Shown in pieces: positions 55,274 to 58,423 of a stretch of 58,423 bases of DNA (position 1 is the stretch's first letter; every line of letters begins with the position of its first letter). The DNA comes from Candidatus Poseidoniaceae archaeon (lineage in GTDB: Archaea; Thermoplasmatota; Poseidoniia; Poseidoniales; Poseidoniaceae), in assembly GCA_965662715.1 (NCBI GenBank), contig CBFIIS010000003.1, positions 1 to 58,423 on the forward strand, in the 5' to 3' direction. The notes below the pieces were generated by a model. It saw only the letters and a list, made by a program, of their open reading frames with translations. It did not search any database and had not been told where the DNA came from. A program made the translations under genes and the position numbers.

Positions 55274-57208
55274 TCACAGCAAGGCTGACAATGATGCAGC
55301 ATCCATGGAATTCAAAATGTCAGGTGCTTCCAACCATCCCTTTCTTGCAGCCATAACACCATAACTGATGTCGGCCAATCCACGCAAGGAATGGGCGTCT
55401 GGGTTGATGATCACCGGTACGCCAAGGCCTTTGGCATGCTTGCAAAGCCGCCAATCCAAATCGAGACGATACGGGCTTGCATTGAGTTCAACTGCTTTGA
55501 GTCGCCCTTCGCTGTTATGGTCTGCCATATGCTCCAGCACGGCGAATAAGTCAACTTCGTACCCGTCCCGTCCTTGAAGAATCCTCCCCGTTGGATGGCC
55601 CAACACGGTGGTTGCAGGATGGTCGATGCAGCGGATTAACTCTTCAGTATTCTCAAGTTCATCCCTCGCCCTCCACTTGGAAATAGCGTGAACAGAAGCA
55701 ACCGTGTAATCGAGGGTTGAAAGGACGTCATCAGGATGGTCGAGTTTTCCACCGGGGAGAATATCGGATTCAACCCCGTGGAAGATTTTGAAATCCACGC
55801 CGTCGTCTGCCCAAGCTTGGTTGTATTTTTTGATGGTTGCACCTTGTTGGAGTAAATCTTCTGCACTTGCACCATTGGCGACCTTCAATGTTGGAGAATG
55901 GTCGGCGATACCAAGCCAATTCCAGCCCAGTTTCCGAGCGGTTTCGGCCATTTCTTCGAGGCTTGCTTCGCCATCTGATAACGTGGTGTGATTATGCCAG
56001 GCACCTCGAATGTCGGCGTTTGTAATCAGCGATGGTAGTTTGTTTGATTCAGCAGCCACAATTTCACCAGTGTCTTCACGTAACTCGGGCGTCACCCAAT
56101 CCAATTCAAGGTGGCTGTATATGGCGGCCTCATCCAAAGCATCAAGTGAAAACTGCGCTGCAGCCATGCCCTTCAATTCCCCAGCTTTCTCTTCAGGGAT
56201 CAATCCGAACTCGTTCAAGCGAAGGCCTCGGTCGATGGCCCGTTGTCGCATGGCGATGTTGTGTTCTTTGCTTCCTGTAAAGTACGCCAGTGTGAATGGA
56301 AACACTTCTTTTGGAACCAAGCGAACTTGTGCATCAATCGTTCCTCCGCTTTCGAGTTGTTCGTAATCATCTCCTCCAATCGCATCTAAGACATTTGGAT
56401 CGATATGGCCTACACTGAATCCTTCGTCGAAAATACTCGTATCGAGGATCAGGCTGATTTTTGAGTCACCTGCACCTTTCACATCTGCAATTCCTGGTAG
56501 GCTGAGAATGGCGTTTGCTACATGTTCGTGATTGTTTTTATCGACGGCGACTACCAAATCCAAATCGCCAATCGTTTCCTTACGCCGTCGTGCACTGCCT
56601 GCTAATTGAGCCTTGATGACGCCATCGATTTGGCTGACCCTTGCCTCGAATGCTTCGCCATACATGAGGCCAATATCGAGCCTCCTTCTTGCCCGGAATC
56701 GAGCAAGCAACTCGATACCGTCAAGCATGCGTGCTTGTGATTTCTGACCAAAACCCTTCATCGGCGCAATCCTGTTTGCTTCTGCAGCTTGCTTGAGGGA
56801 GGCTACGGAATCCACACCTAATTCTTCATGCATCAATTTGATTCGTTTCGGGCCAAGTCCAGGAATACCAAGCATCTCGATGAGTCCTTCGGGCGTTGAA
56901 GCGTGAAGTTCAATCCAGTCATCAGGCCAACGTCCCTCGCCAACAACTTGAGTCAAAGCAGAACCCAGCCCTTTGCCGATCCCTTTCATCTCTAAAAGCC
57001 GCCCAGTCGCCACCAATTCTCCTAAATCCTCGGTAAGTGAGCCAAGCATTCTGCTTGCGTTTTGATAGGATCGGACTCTGAACACATTCGCTCCCTGTAG
57101 TTCCAACAGGACCGCTACCTGATGCAGTGCATTTGCGACTTGATTGCGAGAAAAGTATGGTGGGCCACTCGGACGTGGTTTTGGTAGAGAGAAGCCGGTG
57201 CCTGCCAT
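55274..57208 (-). CDS. polX: Family X DNA polymerase / PHP phosphoesterase
   Basis: FRVRSY, IPGLGPKR, AGSARRRKETIGDLD, YFTGSKEHN, LNEFGL, PELRE; PHP motifs HNHTTLSDG, IADHS, GHPTGR, NPDAH. Confidence 0.95.
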   Translation of the reverse strand: MAGTGFSLPKPRPSGPPYFSRNQVANALHQVAVLLELQGANVFRVRSYQNASRMLGSLTEDLGELVATGRLLEMKGIGKGLGSALTQVVGEGRWPDDWIELHASTPEGLIEMLGIPGLGPKRIKLMHEELGVDSVASLKQAAEANRIAPMKGFGQKSQARMLDGIELLARFRARRRLDIGLMYGEAFEARVSQIDGVIKAQLAGSARRRKETIGDLDLVVAVDKNNHEHVANAILSLPGIADVKGAGDSKISLILDTSIFDEGFSVGHIDPNVLDAIGGDDYEQLESGGTIDAQVRLVPKEVFPFTLAYFTGSKEHNIAMRQRAIDRGLRLNEFGLIPEEKAGELKGMAAAQFSLDALDEAAIYSHLELDWVTPELREDTGEIVAAESNKLPSLITNADIRGAWHNHTTLSDGEASLEEMAETARKLGWNWLGIADHSPTLKVANGASAEDLLQQGATIKKYNQAWADDGVDFKIFHGVESDILPGGKLDHPDDVLSTLDYTVASVHAISKWRARDELENTEELIRCIDHPATTVLGHPTGRILQGRDGYEVDLFAVLEHMADHNSEGRLKAVELNASPYRLDLDWRLCKHAKGLGVPVIINPDAHSLRGLADISYGVMAARKGWLEAPDILNSMDAASLSALL

Positions 57209-57231
57209 GGAGGTGCTGTGTCGGCGACCCT

Positions 57232-57273
57232 TGTCAAAGATTGTGTTAAAGCAAATACGACTTCACATTGAAG
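57232..57273. promoter_or_regulatory. Divergent promoter pair: TTGACA (minus, 57237-57232) and TTGAAG (plus, 57268-57273)
   Basis: Each is 23 nt before its ATG (57208 and 57297). Confidence 0.55.
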
Positions 57274-57296
57274 AACTTCGGCTCCTGCCCTTGTTC

Positions 57297-57626
57297 ATGG
57301 TCGACCCCGCAACCATTGAGCGTCTGGCCGAGGGTCTGTGTGGGTTTTCTGCCGTTCTGTTCACTTTTATTGCCTCGTTCTCCCGTTCACCCCCAGTAGA
57401 ACGCGTGGTGCAGAACCTGATTGCCGTTAGTCTGATTGCTGCGGCGGCTGTTCTATGGTGGCTCTCGTTGTCTGGAGGGACCTTATGGGGTTCGAATTAC
57501 TTACCTAAACCGCTTTCTTTGGTTTGTATTGTGATCGCTATCTCCGCCCGAATGAACATCAAGGGAGAGAATGTTTCCTTCGGGGCCAACCCGCACACGA
57601 TTGGTAAAGACAAATCCGAGGAGTAA
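57297..57626 (+). CDS. Small 3-TM membrane protein
   Basis: MVDPATIERLAEG...; three hydrophobic segments; the longer ORF start overlaps polX and was rejected. Confidence 0.7.
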   Translation: MVDPATIERLAEGLCGFSAVLFTFIASFSRSPPVERVVQNLIAVSLIAAAAVLWWLSLSGGTLWGSNYLPKPLSLVCIVIAISARMNIKGENVSFGANPHTIGKDKSEE

Positions 57627-58010
57627 TCAAACGATTTCGCCCTGAGGTTGAGGTCCTTTGTCCTCATCACCTGTTGAATTGTTTTCCATGGATTCCTTGG
57701 CCATCTTTTGATCGATGAAGGTACGCATGTACTCTGGCAGTTCCCCATTGACGAAAATCACGTCGTTGATGGCTTCCAATTTTTTCAAAGAATAGTAAAT
57801 TTGCATGGCGGTCATCGGCGTCGATGAACAGCCATTGCACCCTCCATCGAGCGAGAGCATGATGTTGCCATCACTTGTGTCAAGCACGGTCACAACACCA
57901 TCGTGCTCGTCAAGGATCTCTTGTACTGGCCCGATTTCGGCGAGTACCTCCTCGGCAGTCATGGTCATGCCCATCCCTCGTGCATCTCCTCTTTCAACAA
58001 TTGCCTCCAT
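57627..58010 (-). CDS. NifU/NfuA C-terminal domain protein (Fe-S cluster carrier)
   Basis: ILDEHDGVV...LSLDGGCNGCSS; TTCACA 23 nt upstream of ATG 58010. Confidence 0.85.
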   Translation of the reverse strand: MEAIVERGDARGMGMTMTAEEVLAEIGPVQEILDEHDGVVTVLDTSDGNIMLSLDGGCNGCSSTPMTAMQIYYSLKKLEAINDVIFVNGELPEYMRTFIDQKMAKESMENNSTGDEDKGPQPQGEIV

Positions 58011-58131
58011 TCCCCATTCAAAAAGACGCTCGGTGTGAATGGACCAGTCGTAAAAAGGCCACGACCACGGCTTTTGAAAGGGGAACCACTTATGAGGGGT
58101 TCTCAGGTCGCCAAGCCACAGGTGTTCTGTT

Positions 58132-58423
58132 ATGATGGATAATATACCGATGATTGCCGCGGCCGCAGGTCTGGTTGGACTGTTAATTGCTTTCGTGCTC
58201 TACCAGCAAGTAAACAAAGTGAAAATTGACAACGATACAGTTGCTGACATTACTCAAGAAATTCAAGATGGAGCCATGGCGTTCCTCTTTGCAGAATACC
58301 GAGTGCTCTCAATCTTCGTTGTTGTTGTCGGTGCTGTCTTGGCTTGGCTTAATGACATCGAAACAGCAATTGCATTCTTCGCTGGTGCCGTCGCATCGGT
58401 GCTCGCAGGCTTCTCTGGAATGC
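58132..58423 (+). CDS. hppA: Membrane-bound Na+/H+-translocating pyrophosphatase (5' part only)
   Basis: Manual translation MMDNIPMIAAAAGLVGLLIAF...ITQEIQDGAMAFLFAEYRVLSIF...AFFAGAVASVLAGFSGM matches the HppA N-terminus. Confidence 0.88.
   Translation, partial: MMDNIPMIAAAAGLVGLLIAFVLYQQVNKVKIDNDTVADITQEIQDGAMAFLFAEYRVLSIFVVVVGAVLAWLNDIETAIAFFAGAVASVLAGFSGM

Noticed and set aside
3657-58142. Numerous 60-200 aa antisense or alternate-frame ORFs (e.g. 11759-12343, 47275-47874, 7081-7620)
   Set aside because: They overlap well-supported genes and have no recognisable motifs or start signals
1-58423. CRISPR arrays, tRNA/rRNA genes, IS elements, integrases, proviral genes
   Set aside because: None seen; all intergenic gaps are under ~200 nt with no repeat-spacer or cloverleaf pattern

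Overview
Gene-dense (~50% GC) archaeal chromosomal segment. TBP, a euryarchaeal-type archaellum cluster, archaeal MutS, several bacterial-like enzymes, giant membrane-anchored surface proteins and GCFG lipoproteins together point to Marine Group II Euryarchaeota (Ca. Poseidoniales); this is an inference from gene content. About 40 CDS are supported. Two run off the window ends and are missing from the ORF track: a PKD/CARDB surface protein (<1..3400) and hppA (58132..>58423). I found no tRNA, rRNA, CRISPR array or mobile element. Main findings: (1) a non-canonical TT(C/G)-type promoter hexamer sits exactly 23 nt before the ATG of 13 genes, beside a TBP that has a 20-aa insertion and a canonical double TATA on its own gene; (2) three unknown overlapping genes, including a 1638-aa Ig-repeat/5-TM protein, head the archaellum locus, and no chemotaxis genes are adjacent; (3) the archaellins have acidic signal peptides and no N-glycosylation sequons; (4) IleRS has a GIHH signature; (5) PolX appears to have a substituted third catalytic Asp; (6) aconitase X is fused in large-then-small order. 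All family calls are from motif recognition, not database searches.
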